Positions 51,172-61,010 are shown, counted from the stretch's first letter. The stretch: DNA of 64,000 nucleotides from Spirochaetia bacterium (GCA_965215345.1 CBDCDL010000002.1:2250605-2314604); one strand, 5' to 3'. Made by a program: numbers and translations. Notes: generated by a model from the letters alone, not told the origin.

Positions 51172-52399
51172 CGGCCAGGTCCTCCTCGATCGTGTCCGTG
51201 CCCCGCAGCAGCAGCACGCGCCCGCCGCGGTTGCGCACCGTGTTGAAGTACTGCTCGGCATCGTGCATCCCGCGCGGGCTGCGGCCGGTGCCGTTGAAAA
51301 TCACGCCGGTCACCTGCTTGGAGCTGACCGACGCCTCGATGATCGTGAACAGCTCCGGGTCAAGGTGGTGAGTCAGGAACATGACCGCCTCCGCGTCGTC
51401 GGCGCGCGCCTCCCAGTCGGCCCAGAACAGCCGTGCCGGCGACACGCTGTCCCCGAACGCCAGCCGGAAGTTCTCCTCGTAGAGCCGGTCGAACTCGTCC
51501 GGATGCTGGCCGGAGAAGGCGTACACGCCCTGCCCGACGGCCGCGCGCACCGCGGTGGGCACGCCCGTCGACAGGAAGTGGCGGACCACCGCCAGCAACG
51601 CCTCCATGGTAACGTCCTCGACGGCCAACACAGGCGCGTCGCCGGCTTCCTCGGCCGGCATGCGCAGGTCGACGTAGATGGTCACCGCCGGCTCCGAGCT
51701 TGCCTGGTACTGGCGGACGAACGGCTTGCCGATGGCCGCGAACTTCCGCCAGGCGATGTGGCGGGCAGGCTCCCCGTGGCGTGCCTCGCGGAGCTGGGTG
51801 AACATGGCGTAGTCGGGCTCGCCGACCATCGACTCGCGCCGCCCCGCGTGCGGATGCGCCTCGTCCCCGGCCGCCAGGCGGGCGATCTTCAGCACCCGCG
51901 GATAGACCTGGAACTCCCGGAAGCCCACCGCCGGCCGCGCCGTGAACAGGCGCAGCGGATCGCGCACGGTGACGCGCCGCATGCCGATCGTGTAGACGCC
52001 GCGGTAGGGGAGCTGGATCGGGTAGTCGCGATCGATCACGGCGCTGCCGCCCAGATACATCGACAGGTCCGGGATCACGGTCTCTCCCAGCGGGCGAACC
52101 ACCTTGAACTCCACGTGGAGCTGCGAGATCGGGATCACCGAGCGGTTCTCGAGCCGGAACGAATAGACCATTTCCTCGCCCTTCACCGGGTGCGCGCTGG
52201 AGAACTTCTGCCCGAAGGCGAGGGACGAGGCGGCCACGTGCAGGGCGACGAAGGAGAACAGCGGCACCAGCAGCAGCATGATCGCCAACGCGACGAAGAA
52301 CCCGCCCAGGTAGGCGGCCGCCAAGTAGGCGATGACCAGGGTGGCGGCATAGAAGCCGAGAGCCCGCGCCCGCTGACCGACCGTGAAGGACCGGGTCAT
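51122..52399 (-). CDS. DUF58-domain protein (vWA-like), partner of transglutaminase
   Basis: Two N-terminal TM helices followed by a DUF58-like region. It is co-oriented with the TgpA-like gene and overlaps its start. No MoxR gene is present. Confidence 0.45.
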   Translation of the reverse strand: MTRSFTVGQRARALGFYAATLVIAYLAAAYLGGFFVALAIMLLLVPLFSFVALHVAASSLAFGQKFSSAHPVKGEEMVYSFRLENRSVIPISQLHVEFKVVRPLGETVIPDLSMYLGGSAVIDRDYPIQLPYRGVYTIGMRRVTVRDPLRLFTARPAVGFREFQVYPRVLKIARLAAGDEAHPHAGRRESMVGEPDYAMFTQLREARHGEPARHIAWRKFAAIGKPFVRQYQASSEPAVTIYVDLRMPAEEAGDAPVLAVEDVTMEALLAVVRHFLSTGVPTAVRAAVGQGVYAFSGQHPDEFDRLYEENFRLAFGDSVSPARLFWADWEARADDAEAVMFLTHHLDPELFTIIEASVSSKQVTGVIFNGTGRSPRGMHDAEQYFNTVRNRGGRVLLLRGTDTIEEDLAGGDLRAAAPVALGRSA

Positions 52400-52455
52400 C
52401 AGTGTGAATCTACCATGACTCGGCGCCCGTGTCGGTGATACGATGGCGGCTTGTC

Positions 52456-53280
52456 ATGCAGGACGCTTCTCTCACGCTCGCAGACAGGTCGTTCGTGGTC
52501 ACCGGGGGCGCGCTCGGCATCGGCGGCGCCATCTCCGACGCGGCGGCCGCGGCCGGCGCCAGGGTGCTGGTGGCCGACCGTGACGCCGACGCGGGCGCGG
52601 CGCGGGTCGACCGGATCACCGCGGCCGGCGGCACCGCCGTCTTCCGGCAGGCCGATCTGGCCACCCACGACGGCTGCCGGGCCGCGGTGAACGAGGCGGT
52701 TGCCGCCTTCGGCACCGTCGACGTGCTGTGCAACAACGTCGGCATCCAGCCTCCCGACTCCTATCGGACGGCGGAGGACACGACCGAGGAGGCGTGGGAC
52801 CTGATCATGTCGGTCAACGTGAAGAGCTACTTCCTGACCGCCAAGTACGCCATCCCGCACATGCGCAGCCGCGGAGGCGGGGTGATCATCAACATCGCCA
52901 GCGTACAAGGTCTGCAGTCGGCGCCGCTGGTGCCCGCGTACGCCGCCAGCAAGGGCGCGGCCCTGTCGCTGACCCGCCAACTGGCGATCGACTACGCGCG
53001 TGAGAACATCCGCGTGCTGGCCGTCTGTCCCGGCAGCATCGACACGCCGTTGCTGCGCGCCGCGGCGGCCATGGAGGACGGCGACCTGGAGCAGACCGTG
53101 CACGACTGGGGACTGTCCCATCCGCTCGGCCGCACCGGGCAGCCCGAGGAGATCGCCGCGGTCGTGGTGTTCCTGGCCGGATCGGGTGCGTCGTTCATGA
53201 CCGGCGAGTACGTCTGCGTCGACGGCGGCTACAACGCGCTGGGAGCCTGGGCGCAGCCGCGAGATCCGGGCGACGCGTGA
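52456..53280 (+). CDS. SDR-family oxidoreductase
   Basis: VVTGGALGIGGAI (TGxxxGxG); catalytic YxxxK (YAASK). Confidence 0.85.
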   Translation: MQDASLTLADRSFVVTGGALGIGGAISDAAAAAGARVLVADRDADAGAARVDRITAAGGTAVFRQADLATHDGCRAAVNEAVAAFGTVDVLCNNVGIQPPDSYRTAEDTTEEAWDLIMSVNVKSYFLTAKYAIPHMRSRGGGVIINIASVQGLQSAPLVPAYAASKGAALSLTRQLAIDYARENIRVLAVCPGSIDTPLLRAAAAMEDGDLEQTVHDWGLSHPLGRTGQPEEIAAVVVFLAGSGASFMTGEYVCVDGGYNALGAWAQPRDPGDA

Positions 53281-54068
53281 GCGACGGCCTGGACGGCCGC
53301 GTGGCGGTCGTCACCGGCGGCGCCGGCGGCATCGGCCGGACCGTGTGCCGGCACTTCGTGGAGCGGGGCGCGCGCGTGACGGTCGCCGATCTGGCGGCCG
53401 ACCAGGCGGCGGAGACGGCCGCCGAGTGCGGTGAGCAGCACGCGGTCGGCGTGCGGATCGACGTGGTCGATCCCGCCTCTGCCGCGGACTGCGTCGCGGC
53501 CACGGTCGAGCGGTTCGGCCGCGTCGACTACCTCGTGCACTGCGCCGGCAACAACATCAAGGGGCCGGCCCTGGCGCTGAGCCTGGAAGACTGGCGCAGC
53601 CAGCTCGACACCCATCTGACCGGCGCGTTCGTCTTCTGCCAGGCGGTGGGCCGGCGCCTGGTGGCGCAGCGGGAGGGGGGCCGCATCGTGCTGCTCTCGT
53701 CCGTCGCGGCGTGGGCGCCGATCCCGCAGCGCGGCGCCTACAGCCCCTCCAAGGCGGGCCTGGTGAGCCTTGCGCAGGTGCTGTCGGTGGAGTGGGCGGA
53801 GCATCGGATCAACGTCAACGCCGTGTGCCCCGGCGTGGCCAAGACACCGATGACCGATATGGTGTATTCACGTGACCCGGAGTTGAAGCGAACCCGCCGG
53901 AACCGGATGCCGATTCCCCGCGAGGTGCTGCCGGAGGAAATCGCCGACTTGGTGGTCTTCCTGTGCGGCGCCGGCTCGGCCTACATCAACGGGGCGGCGA
54001 TTCCGATCGACGGCGGCTTTCTCAACTCGGGGTTCATGCCGGAGCGGAACCTCGACGAGAGCTCTTGA
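53277..54068 (+). CDS. SDR-family oxidoreductase (3-oxoacyl-ACP reductase-like)
   Basis: VTGGAGGIGRTV; YSPSKAG. The GTG start overlaps the upstream stop. Confidence 0.85.
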   Translation: MSDGLDGRVAVVTGGAGGIGRTVCRHFVERGARVTVADLAADQAAETAAECGEQHAVGVRIDVVDPASAADCVAATVERFGRVDYLVHCAGNNIKGPALALSLEDWRSQLDTHLTGAFVFCQAVGRRLVAQREGGRIVLLSSVAAWAPIPQRGAYSPSKAGLVSLAQVLSVEWAEHRINVNAVCPGVAKTPMTDMVYSRDPELKRTRRNRMPIPREVLPEEIADLVVFLCGAGSAYINGAAIPIDGGFLNSGFMPERNLDESS

Positions 54069-54101
54069 GGCAAACCAAAGGGAAGGAAGGAGCAAGGAAC
54101 A

Positions 54102-54343
54102 TGGCGGACAAGAAGCTACAGGACATCGACCAGCGCCTGATCGGCGTGATCATCGGCGCCGTCGGTCTGGTGCTATTCGTGTTGGGCGTGGTTGGCGCGC
54201 TGAGAGTCACCTTCTTGGGGGTGATCGGGGTGATCGTCGGCGTCATCGTCTACTTCGTCGGCGTCAGCAACAAGAAGAAGTGGGAAGAGGTAAAGAAGGA
54301 CCTGTACCCGGAAGGTGAGGACGCCGGCGGCGAGAGCAGCTAG
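54102..54343 (+). CDS. Small two-TM membrane protein
   Basis: 80 aa. Strong RBS (GGAAGGAAGGAG). Gly/Val/Ile-rich TM segments. Confidence 0.5.
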
Positions 54344-54409
54344 CGCCCCGAAACCGTCGCCTGCGGCTCCGTTTCCGCCGCCGGAATCGGCCATGGCCGT
54401 ATACTCCCC

Positions 54410-55549
54410 GTGATGACCCGAGCAGCCGGAGTGCACGACCTGTCGGTCTGTGCGGCACGGCGCGCCGACATGCGTGCCTTCGTCAGGTTCCCGTGCGCGA
54501 TCTACCGGGACGATCCGCACTGGGTGGCGCCGTTGCTCCGGCGCGAGCGGCGGCGCCTGAATCCGGCGGCGAACCCGTTCTTCGAGCACGCGTCCATCCA
54601 GCCGTTCATGGCGTTCCGGGACGGCCGCATGGCCGGCCGCATCGCCGCGATCGTCGACGAGCGGCACAACCAATACCACGGCGAAGCGGCCGGGTTCTTC
54701 GGCTTCTTCGAGTGTGTGGACGACGCCGAGGTGGCCGCGGAGTTGCTGCAGGCGGCGGCGGACTGGCTGCGGGGCCGCGGCATGACCGTCATGCGCGGCC
54801 CGTTCAATCCGTCCACGAGCGACTCGCTCGGCATCCTGGTGGACGGCTTCGGCAGCCCGCCGGCTTTTCTGATGGCCTACAACCCGCCGTACTACCCGTG
54901 CCTGCTGGAAGGCGCGGGACTGGTCAAGGCGCGGGACCTGTACGCCTACTACATGCATTCGTCGGAATCGGAGATACCGCCCAAGATCGCCCGCGTGGCG
55001 GCTGCGGTGCGCAAGCGCCAAGGGGTGAGCGTCCGCGGCGGGGACCCGCGGCGCATTCGCGCCGAGATGGATCTGATCAAGCTGATCCACAACGAGGCAT
55101 CGGGCAGCAACTGGGGATTCGTGCCCAAGACGGAGGCGGAGCTGGACCGCATGGCCCGCGATCTGAAGCGTCTGGTCGATCCCGAGCTGGCGCTGTTCGC
55201 CTTCGTGCACGGCGAGCCGGCCGGCTTCTCGCTGGCGCTGCCCGACTGGAACCAGGCGTTCCGGAACCTCAACGGCCGCCTGTTCCCGTTCGGATACCTG
55301 AAGCTGCTGCGCGACCGGCGCCGCATCAACCTGCTGCGCGTGTACACGACGGGAGTGCGGCCGCGCTTCCGCAACCTGGGGCTGGACGCGATCTTCTACT
55401 ACGAGACCTGGGTGCGCGGCGTCGGCCGGGGGCTTGAGGGCGGCGAGTTCTCCTGGGTGCTGGAGGACAACGTCAACATGCGCAACACCCTGGAGAACAT
55501 GGGTGCGCGCCGGTACAAGACCTACCGCATCTACGAGCGCTCGCTGTAG
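54410..55549 (+). CDS. GNAT-fold acyltransferase-like protein (FemAB/BioF2-like superfamily), function unknown
   Basis: ~360-380 aa. ...AFVRFPCAIYRDDPHWVAPL... N-terminus is recalled from uncharacterised GNAT-like families. The probable start is the ATG at 54470. Confidence 0.35.
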   Translation: MMTRAAGVHDLSVCAARRADMRAFVRFPCAIYRDDPHWVAPLLRRERRRLNPAANPFFEHASIQPFMAFRDGRMAGRIAAIVDERHNQYHGEAAGFFGFFECVDDAEVAAELLQAAADWLRGRGMTVMRGPFNPSTSDSLGILVDGFGSPPAFLMAYNPPYYPCLLEGAGLVKARDLYAYYMHSSESEIPPKIARVAAAVRKRQGVSVRGGDPRRIRAEMDLIKLIHNEASGSNWGFVPKTEAELDRMARDLKRLVDPELALFAFVHGEPAGFSLALPDWNQAFRNLNGRLFPFGYLKLLRDRRRINLLRVYTTGVRPRFRNLGLDAIFYYETWVRGVGRGLEGGEFSWVLEDNVNMRNTLENMGARRYKTYRIYERSL

Positions 55550-55948
55550 CCGGCCGGCCGGGGTCCCGATCTGCTCCATGTCCTTGCCGATGAACAGCAG
55601 ATGGGCGCAGGCGGCAGGCGGCGATGTCGCGCGGGCCCTCCATGCTGAAGATCGGATAGGCAACAGCTCGCGGAGAACCGATAGTATCCTTCGTGTCGGC
55701 ACCGATCTCATCTACATCGTGGCACACGCGCGTCACCGCGCGCGTTCTCCCTGTTGCCTCTGCTCTGGAGACGCTGCTACGATGGTGGATGCACTACAGT
55801 TCCGATGGGACGCCGCCGAACCACGAGTCGCCGAGTTGATCGTCGGCTGGCGCCCGCCTTATGCACGTCAGCACACAGGACCAAGCTGGCTGGCTTGTAG
55901 ACCGGAGCTCCCAACTGAACAAATGTCGCGCGCAAGGAGTCAAGGAAC

Positions 55949-56608
55949 ATGTCAACGACGGTCTCCCTGAAACATTCGCAGAGCGGGGTCATCAAGGCCG
56001 CACCGGTCGGGTTCTCATGGACCACGTTCTTTTTTGGAGGATTTCCAGCTCTCTTGCGCGGTGACCTGAAGTGGGCGGTGATCATGTGGATCGTCTTCTG
56101 GCTGTCGGGCTGGGGACTGCTCTACCTCACGTTCGTCATTGCCTTCCTCCCGTTCAGCATTACCCCTGTGGTACTCGGAATCGTGCTTGCTGTCAGAAGC
56201 GTGCTTGCTGTCATCTACAACAAGCGGTATGTCGTCGAGCGCATGGAGAAAGGCTATGTGCCAGCGGACGATCATTCACGAAACGTGCTGTTGAGGGCGG
56301 GCATCGGCACGACATCACCCGTAGAAAGCCCAACTTCCAAGTCGACGGAACCTCCACCGCAACCAGAGGATGCTCTGACCATGCAGCAACGCATCCTGAT
56401 GTGCGCAAAGGATGAAGGGGGAGTCGTTACCCCATTGAAGATCGCCATGGAGACCGGCTGCTCGCTTGATGAAGCTAAAGCAGAGCTCGACGGTTTGGTG
56501 AGTCAGGGACACTTTGAGGTACGTCCTCGACGAGACGGATCACTGGTCTATATGGTTCCGGACCTGCTCATTGACGAAAAGCGCGCTGATCTCGAATCGA
56601 TAACGTGA
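55949..56608 (+). CDS. Membrane protein with DUF2628-like N-terminal domain and a soluble C-terminal (winged-helix-like) domain
   Basis: Lower GC than the surroundings. N-terminus ...[26 protein letters not shown]... with 2 TM helices; C-terminal ~90 aa are soluble. Confidence 0.4.
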   Translation: MSTTVSLKHSQSGVIKAAPVGFSWTTFFFGGFPALLRGDLKWAVIMWIVFWLSGWGLLYLTFVIAFLPFSITPVVLGIVLAVRSVLAVIYNKRYVVERMEKGYVPADDHSRNVLLRAGIGTTSPVESPTSKSTEPPPQPEDALTMQQRILMCAKDEGGVVTPLKIAMETGCSLDEAKAELDGLVSQGHFEVRPRRDGSLVYMVPDLLIDEKRADLESIT

Positions 56609-56675
56609 AGGCATCCCGCTCAAATACGTGGCATCTTTGGAAGCAAATATAAGTAGGTGCCTTTGATGAACGCAT

Positions 56676-57167
56676 ATGCTCGGTGAGTGCTTTGCGGAGG
56701 TCCTGGCGGCGCTGCGCTCCGCGTGTGTCCGGCACTACGGCGACCGATTGGTGACCGTCGGCGTGTTCGGGTCCGTCGGGCGCGGCACGCCCGGCCCTTC
56801 TTCTGACGTCGACACGCTGATCATCGCCAACCGTCTGCAGCGCGGACACGGGCGCCGGATGCGCGACTTCGACGCCGTGGAAGCCGCGTTGAGCGACGTG
56901 CTTGCCGCAGTCGCGGGTCGCGGTTGTGACACGACGATCTCGCCGGTCATCAAGACGCCGGAGGAGGCTGCCGCCGGGAGTCTGCTGTTCCTGGACATGA
57001 TCGATGACCTGCGCCTGCTCTACGACCGGGAAGGTTTCTTCCGGAGTCATCTGGATGGATTCGCCGCCCGGCTCCGATGCCTCGGCGCCCGTCGCATCCG
57101 CCGCGACGGGACGTGGCATTGGGATCTGAAGCCCGACTACCGCCCCGGCGAGGTCTTCGAGCTGTGA
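56676..57167 (+). CDS. Minimal nucleotidyltransferase (MNT/MntA-like antitoxin)
   Basis: GVFGSVGRGTPGPSSDVDTLI is the NTase fold motif GS(x)9-13 DxD. Confidence 0.65.
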   Translation: MLGECFAEVLAALRSACVRHYGDRLVTVGVFGSVGRGTPGPSSDVDTLIIANRLQRGHGRRMRDFDAVEAALSDVLAAVAGRGCDTTISPVIKTPEEAAAGSLLFLDMIDDLRLLYDREGFFRSHLDGFAARLRCLGARRIRRDGTWHWDLKPDYRPGEVFEL

Positions 57168-57622
57168 CCAGCGTCTCGCTGGGCGCCAGCTACCTGGAGA
57201 AGGCGGCCACGCGGCTCAAGGTGCTGGAGCTGCTCCTTCGCGAGCGCGCCTATTCCGACGTCGTCCGCGAGGCGCAGGAGGTGGTCGAGCTCGCGCTCAA
57301 GGGCGTGCTGCGCGTCCTGGGCGTGGAGCCGCCCAGGATTCACGACGTAGGTCCGCTCATTCTGGAGTACCGCGATCGGCTGCCAAGCCAGATCCGGCCC
57401 GATGCCGATCGCATCGCCGAAGCATCTCGCTGGCTGCGGAAGGAACGCGAGTTCTCGTTCTACGGCGAAGTCGATCTCATCCCGACCGAAGAGTATGGAA
57501 TCGAAGATGCCGACCGGGCGCTGGCCGATGCCCACTTCGTCGTCGGCCGCGCCCGCATCGTCTTCGCCTCGGTGCGCAACGAGCGGCGTCAGGGACGTTC
57601 CGAGGTCGACGACGAGCAGTGA
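57164..57622 (+). CDS. HEPN-domain protein (HepT-like toxin partner of MNT)
   Basis: The GTG overlaps the MNT stop (GTGA). The helical HEPN pattern (EAQEVVELALKGVLRVLGVEPPRIHDVGPLI...) follows the MNT gene. Confidence 0.55.
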   Translation: MTSVSLGASYLEKAATRLKVLELLLRERAYSDVVREAQEVVELALKGVLRVLGVEPPRIHDVGPLILEYRDRLPSQIRPDADRIAEASRWLRKEREFSFYGEVDLIPTEEYGIEDADRALADAHFVVGRARIVFASVRNERRQGRSEVDDEQ

Positions 57623-57704
57623 CGACCGTCCCCTGTTCCGACGCGAAGGTGGGGATGGGCCGAAAGCGGAGCCGTAGGCGACGGTTTCGGGGCGCAAGGA
57701 ATCG

Positions 57705-57867
57705 TTGCGGGGTGACAGCCCGGCGCGCGTTCGCGAAGCGGTCTGCGCATTTGCCAACGATCTGCCGGATCATCGGCGTCCGGGGGTGGTATTCGTGGAG
57801 CGGACGACGCGGGCCGCCCGGTGGGTCGCTACGGCTTCGGCATTCCGGCGGCGCGGCGTAAGCGACC
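57705..57867 (+). pseudogene. 5' fragment of an AlbA_2 (Schlafen/RecG-like) DNA-binding protein gene disrupted by IS66
   Basis: VREAVCAFANDLPDHRRPGVVFVERT matches the AlbA_2 N-terminal motif (AfANt.GG.l.iGv). The ORF runs into the IS left end. Confidence 0.4.
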
Positions 57868-57881
57868 GGCGAAACCAGTCT

Positions 57882-59522
57882 CTATGAAGCCGGCGGCGGC
57901 GGACGTGCAGTGGGCAGGAGTGTAAGGTAGTCAGCGCGGGTGCGCGCATGGGGCAGCTTCTCGAAGAGCTCGCGCAGATACCAGTACGGCTCGCGGCGGT
58001 TGGCCTTGGCGGTCTCGATCAGGCTGTACAGGATCGCGCTCGCCGCCGCTCCGCGCGGGCTTCCAGAGAACAGCCAGTTCTTGCGGCCCACCACGAACGG
58101 CCGGATCGCCTGCTCGCAGGCGTTGTTGTCCGGCGTGAGCTGCGGGTGTTCCAGATAGCGGATCAGCTTCGGCCACTCACCGAGCGCGAAGGCGACCGCC
58201 TTGCCGAGCGCCGAGCCGGGCAGCACCTGATCGCGTTTGTCCTGCAGCCAGCGGTGGAACGTGTCGAGCACCGGCTGTACCTGTGCGCGCCGCGCGGCCA
58301 CGAATCCCGCCGGATCCTCCTTGCGGTGCTTCGCTAGCTGCGCCTCGGCGCGGTACAGCTTGGCGATGAACCCCAGCGCTTGCAGCGCCGCTCCGACGCG
58401 GCCGGACACCTTGCCCAGCGCGTCGGCGGCCTCTTTGAACGCTCGGCGCACGTGCGCCCAACAGCCCACGTGCACGATGCCGGGCTGCGCGCACGGACGC
58501 GTGTAGCCGTCGTAGCCGTCGGTCTGCACGTAGCCTTGGTAGTCGTCGATGATCTGGAAGGCCACCCGCGCGGCGCGGCTGGGCTCATAGCGATAGACCA
58601 GCACCGGCTCATCAGGCGGGCCGCCGCGGGCCACCCACACGTAGCTGAGATCGGTGTTGGCGCGCTCGTGCTCCTTGAGCACCTGCACGGTGGTCTCGTC
58701 GATCTGCAGCGTCGGCCCACTGCGCAGCTTGTCGAGCAACGCCGCCATCAACGGCTGGCAGGCGCCGGCGGCCGCGATCATCCAGTCCGACATCGTGCGC
58801 CGCGACAACTCGACTCCAAGGCGCGCGAACTGCCGCTCCTGCCGATACAGCGGCAGCGCGTCGCAGAACTTCGCCGTGGCGATGAACGCCAGCAGCCCCT
58901 CCGAGGCCAGGCCCTTCGGGATCAGCGCCGCTGGCGGCGGCGCCACCCGGACCGCCGGATGCCCTTCGTCGCCGGAGCCCTCGCAGTGATGGCAGGCGTA
59001 CTTGGGCCGCACCGTGCGGATCACCTGCACCTGCGGCGGGATCACGTCGAGCTTCTCGGAGGTGTCCTCGCCGATGCGCACCAAGCGGTGGCCGCACTCA
59101 CACTGCTTGTCCTGCTCGGTCAGGTCGATGACCTGCTCGACGCGCGGCAGCGCCTGCGGCAGCGGTCTGCGCCGCGGGCGACGGCGGGTTCGCTCAAGCA
59201 CTTCGGCGGTCGCCTCATCCGGGGGCGGCTCAGCGGGCGCTTGGTCCTCTGGGGGGTCGGTGTCGGCGGCGTGTTCGACCTCATCGAACAGCCGGATCTG
59301 CTGCAGCTCGGCGGCGGTGAGTTGTTCGCTGCTGCGGCCGTACAGCTTGTTCTTGAACCACGCCACCTGCTCTTCGTAGAGATCCAGCTTCTTGTTCAGT
59401 GCTCGGAGTTTCGTGTCCAGCTCACCGTTTTTCGCCGTCAGCTCGTCCTTCTCCAGGATCAGACGGCGATTCTCTTCGCGCAACGCATCGCGTTGTTCGG
59501 CGACCGGTAGAGCGCTGGACAT
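57882..59522 (-). CDS. tnpC: IS66-family transposase (TnpC/Orf3)
   Basis: 546 aa. N-terminal leucine-zipper/coiled-coil, zinc-ribbon CxxC...CxxC (CECGHRLVRIGE...YACHHCEG), DDE region. Confidence 0.85.
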   Translation of the reverse strand: MSSALPVAEQRDALREENRRLILEKDELTAKNGELDTKLRALNKKLDLYEEQVAWFKNKLYGRSSEQLTAAELQQIRLFDEVEHAADTDPPEDQAPAEPPPDEATAEVLERTRRRPRRRPLPQALPRVEQVIDLTEQDKQCECGHRLVRIGEDTSEKLDVIPPQVQVIRTVRPKYACHHCEGSGDEGHPAVRVAPPPAALIPKGLASEGLLAFIATAKFCDALPLYRQERQFARLGVELSRRTMSDWMIAAAGACQPLMAALLDKLRSGPTLQIDETTVQVLKEHERANTDLSYVWVARGGPPDEPVLVYRYEPSRAARVAFQIIDDYQGYVQTDGYDGYTRPCAQPGIVHVGCWAHVRRAFKEAADALGKVSGRVGAALQALGFIAKLYRAEAQLAKHRKEDPAGFVAARRAQVQPVLDTFHRWLQDKRDQVLPGSALGKAVAFALGEWPKLIRYLEHPQLTPDNNACEQAIRPFVVGRKNWLFSGSPRGAAASAILYSLIETAKANRREPYWYLRELFEKLPHARTRADYLTLLPTARPPPPAS

Positions 59523-59565
59523 ATCGATACCATAGCACGAAATACGCCGAACATGTCAACCCCTT

Positions 59566-59919
59566 TCAGGCGATTTCCCGGTACCGAAGCTCCGCGTGTT
59601 CGTGCCAGAAATCGATGCCGGTCAGCAGCATCCGAAGCTGCTTGACATCGATCTCCCGGCGCGCCTCAGCCGCCGTTCGCGGCCACGGAAAACGCCCTTT
59701 CTCCAGCCGCTTCATCCACAGACAGAATCCCGTGCGGTCCCAGTACACCGCCTTCAGGACCCGCCGCTGCGCGTTGCAGAATACGAACAGCGCCGCCTCG
59801 AACGGACTCAGCTGCATCTGCTCCTGCACCTCAAGCACCAGCCCGTTGATCTGCTTGCGCAGGTCGGTCGCCCCCGGCCGTACGAAGATCCGCGCCGTGC
59901 CCAGTTGCAGATGAATCAT
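59566..59919 (-). CDS. tnpB: IS66 Orf2 (TnpB) accessory protein
   Basis: MIHLQLGTARIFVRPGATDLRKQINGLVLEV... is the conserved IS66 Orf2 N-terminus. ATGA overlap with tnpA. Confidence 0.8.
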   Translation of the reverse strand: MIHLQLGTARIFVRPGATDLRKQINGLVLEVQEQMQLSPFEAALFVFCNAQRRVLKAVYWDRTGFCLWMKRLEKGRFPWPRTAAEARREIDVKQLRMLLTGIDFWHEHAELRYREIA

Positions 59920-60233
59920 CTCAGGCTCTCCAGCACCGCCAGCACCTCGCGCAGATGGTCCGCACGCAGATTCGGCCTCAGCCTCAGCACGTACCGCTCG
60001 CCCACCACCAATTCGATGGCCGCCCCCTGCTCGACGTTCCCGCCGCCCATCGGCTCCAGTTCCACCAACCGTTGCCCCGGCGGCTGCGGCTGCTGCGACG
60101 GCGACAGCTTGCCCGCCCAACGGCACAGCGACCAGTACGGCACCCCGTGCTGCTCGCAGTACGCCTTCTTCGTCAGCCCGCTGCCCCGCCACGTTTCCAC
60201 ATGCCGGCTCCAGTACTCGCGTCCTTGCTGCAT
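59916..60233 (-). CDS. tnpA: IS66 Orf1 (TnpA) HTH accessory protein
   Basis: 105 aa. ...YWSRHVETWRGSGLTKKAYCEQHGV... is a typical IS66 Orf1. Confidence 0.75.
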   Translation of the reverse strand: MQQGREYWSRHVETWRGSGLTKKAYCEQHGVPYWSLCRWAGKLSPSQQPQPPGQRLVELEPMGGGNVEQGAAIELVVGERYVLRLRPNLRADHLREVLAVLESLR

Positions 60234-60440
60234 CGTTCGTCCCTCCTACCGGGACGATCGCCCGTTCCTATCCTTCTCGTAAGGTGGGGTTCAGCGGACG
60301 CTTACGGCGCGGCGCGAGTTGAGGGCCAACGGCCAACCCGATCCCGCGTTCCGCGTCGATCCGAACTGGGGTCCATTGCACGGTATGGCACGGTGCCCGT
60401 GATTGACCCGGAGAGACCGCACCGATAGCATCCCGACTCC

Positions 60441-61010
60441 ATGTCGGTACTCCAAACCATCGCCGAGCGGCGCTCGATCTTCGATTTTCAGCCGACGGCC
60501 GTGCCGCGCGAACGGATCGAGCGCGCGCTGCAGGCGGCCGTCTGGGCCCCCAACCACAAGCTGACCGAACCGTGGCGGTTCATCGTCGTCGGGCCTGCGT
60601 GCAAACGCCGGCTGAGCGAGGTCTACGCGCGCATCAAGCAGGACGACGTGCCGGTCGAGATCGCGCCCGAGGCACTAAACGAGATCGGCCGCAAGGCGGT
60701 CAAGAAGCTCATGAGCAAGCCGACGGTGATGGCGGTGACCTGCGCCGTGTCCGGCGATCCCATGCTGGACCGCGAGGACTATGCGGCCACCTGCTGCGCG
60801 ATCCAGAACATCATGCTGGCGGCGTGGGAGGACGGCATCGGCATGCAGTGGAGCACCAGCGGCCTGATCGAGGACGCGGAGGCGCTGTCGGTGCTGGGCG
60901 TGGACCCCGAGCGGGAGCAGGTGGTCGGCTTGCTGTATGCCGGCTTCGCGGACCGGGTGCCCTCCTCGAAGCGGAAGCCCGCTGCCGATCTCACCACGTG
61001 GCTGTCCTGA
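60441..61010 (+). CDS. Nitroreductase-family protein
   Basis: RRSIFDFQPTAVPRERIERALQAAVWAPNHKLTEPWRFIVV (canonical nitroreductase N-terminal block). Confidence 0.8.
   Translation: MSVLQTIAERRSIFDFQPTAVPRERIERALQAAVWAPNHKLTEPWRFIVVGPACKRRLSEVYARIKQDDVPVEIAPEALNEIGRKAVKKLMSKPTVMAVTCAVSGDPMLDREDYAATCCAIQNIMLAAWEDGIGMQWSTSGLIEDAEALSVLGVDPEREQVVGLLYAGFADRVPSSKRKPAADLTTWLS

Larger units (their letters stand above)
57868..60305 (-). mobile_element. IS66-family insertion sequence (tnpA-tnpB-tnpC) flanked by a perfect 8-bp target-site duplication GGCGCGGC
   Basis: Imperfect terminal IRs (GTAAGCGACCGGCGAAACC ... GGGGTTCAGCGGACGCTTAC). Direct repeat GGCGCGGC at 57860-57867 and 60306-60313. Three ORFs in the canonical IS66 order. 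Confidence 0.85.

Noticed and set aside
51122-52399. Expectation of a MoxR AAA+ ATPase completing a MoxR-DUF58-TgpA triad
   Set aside because: No AAA+ ATPase gene lies upstream of the DUF58 gene; the next gene is a divergent SDR. The pair is therefore annotated without MoxR.
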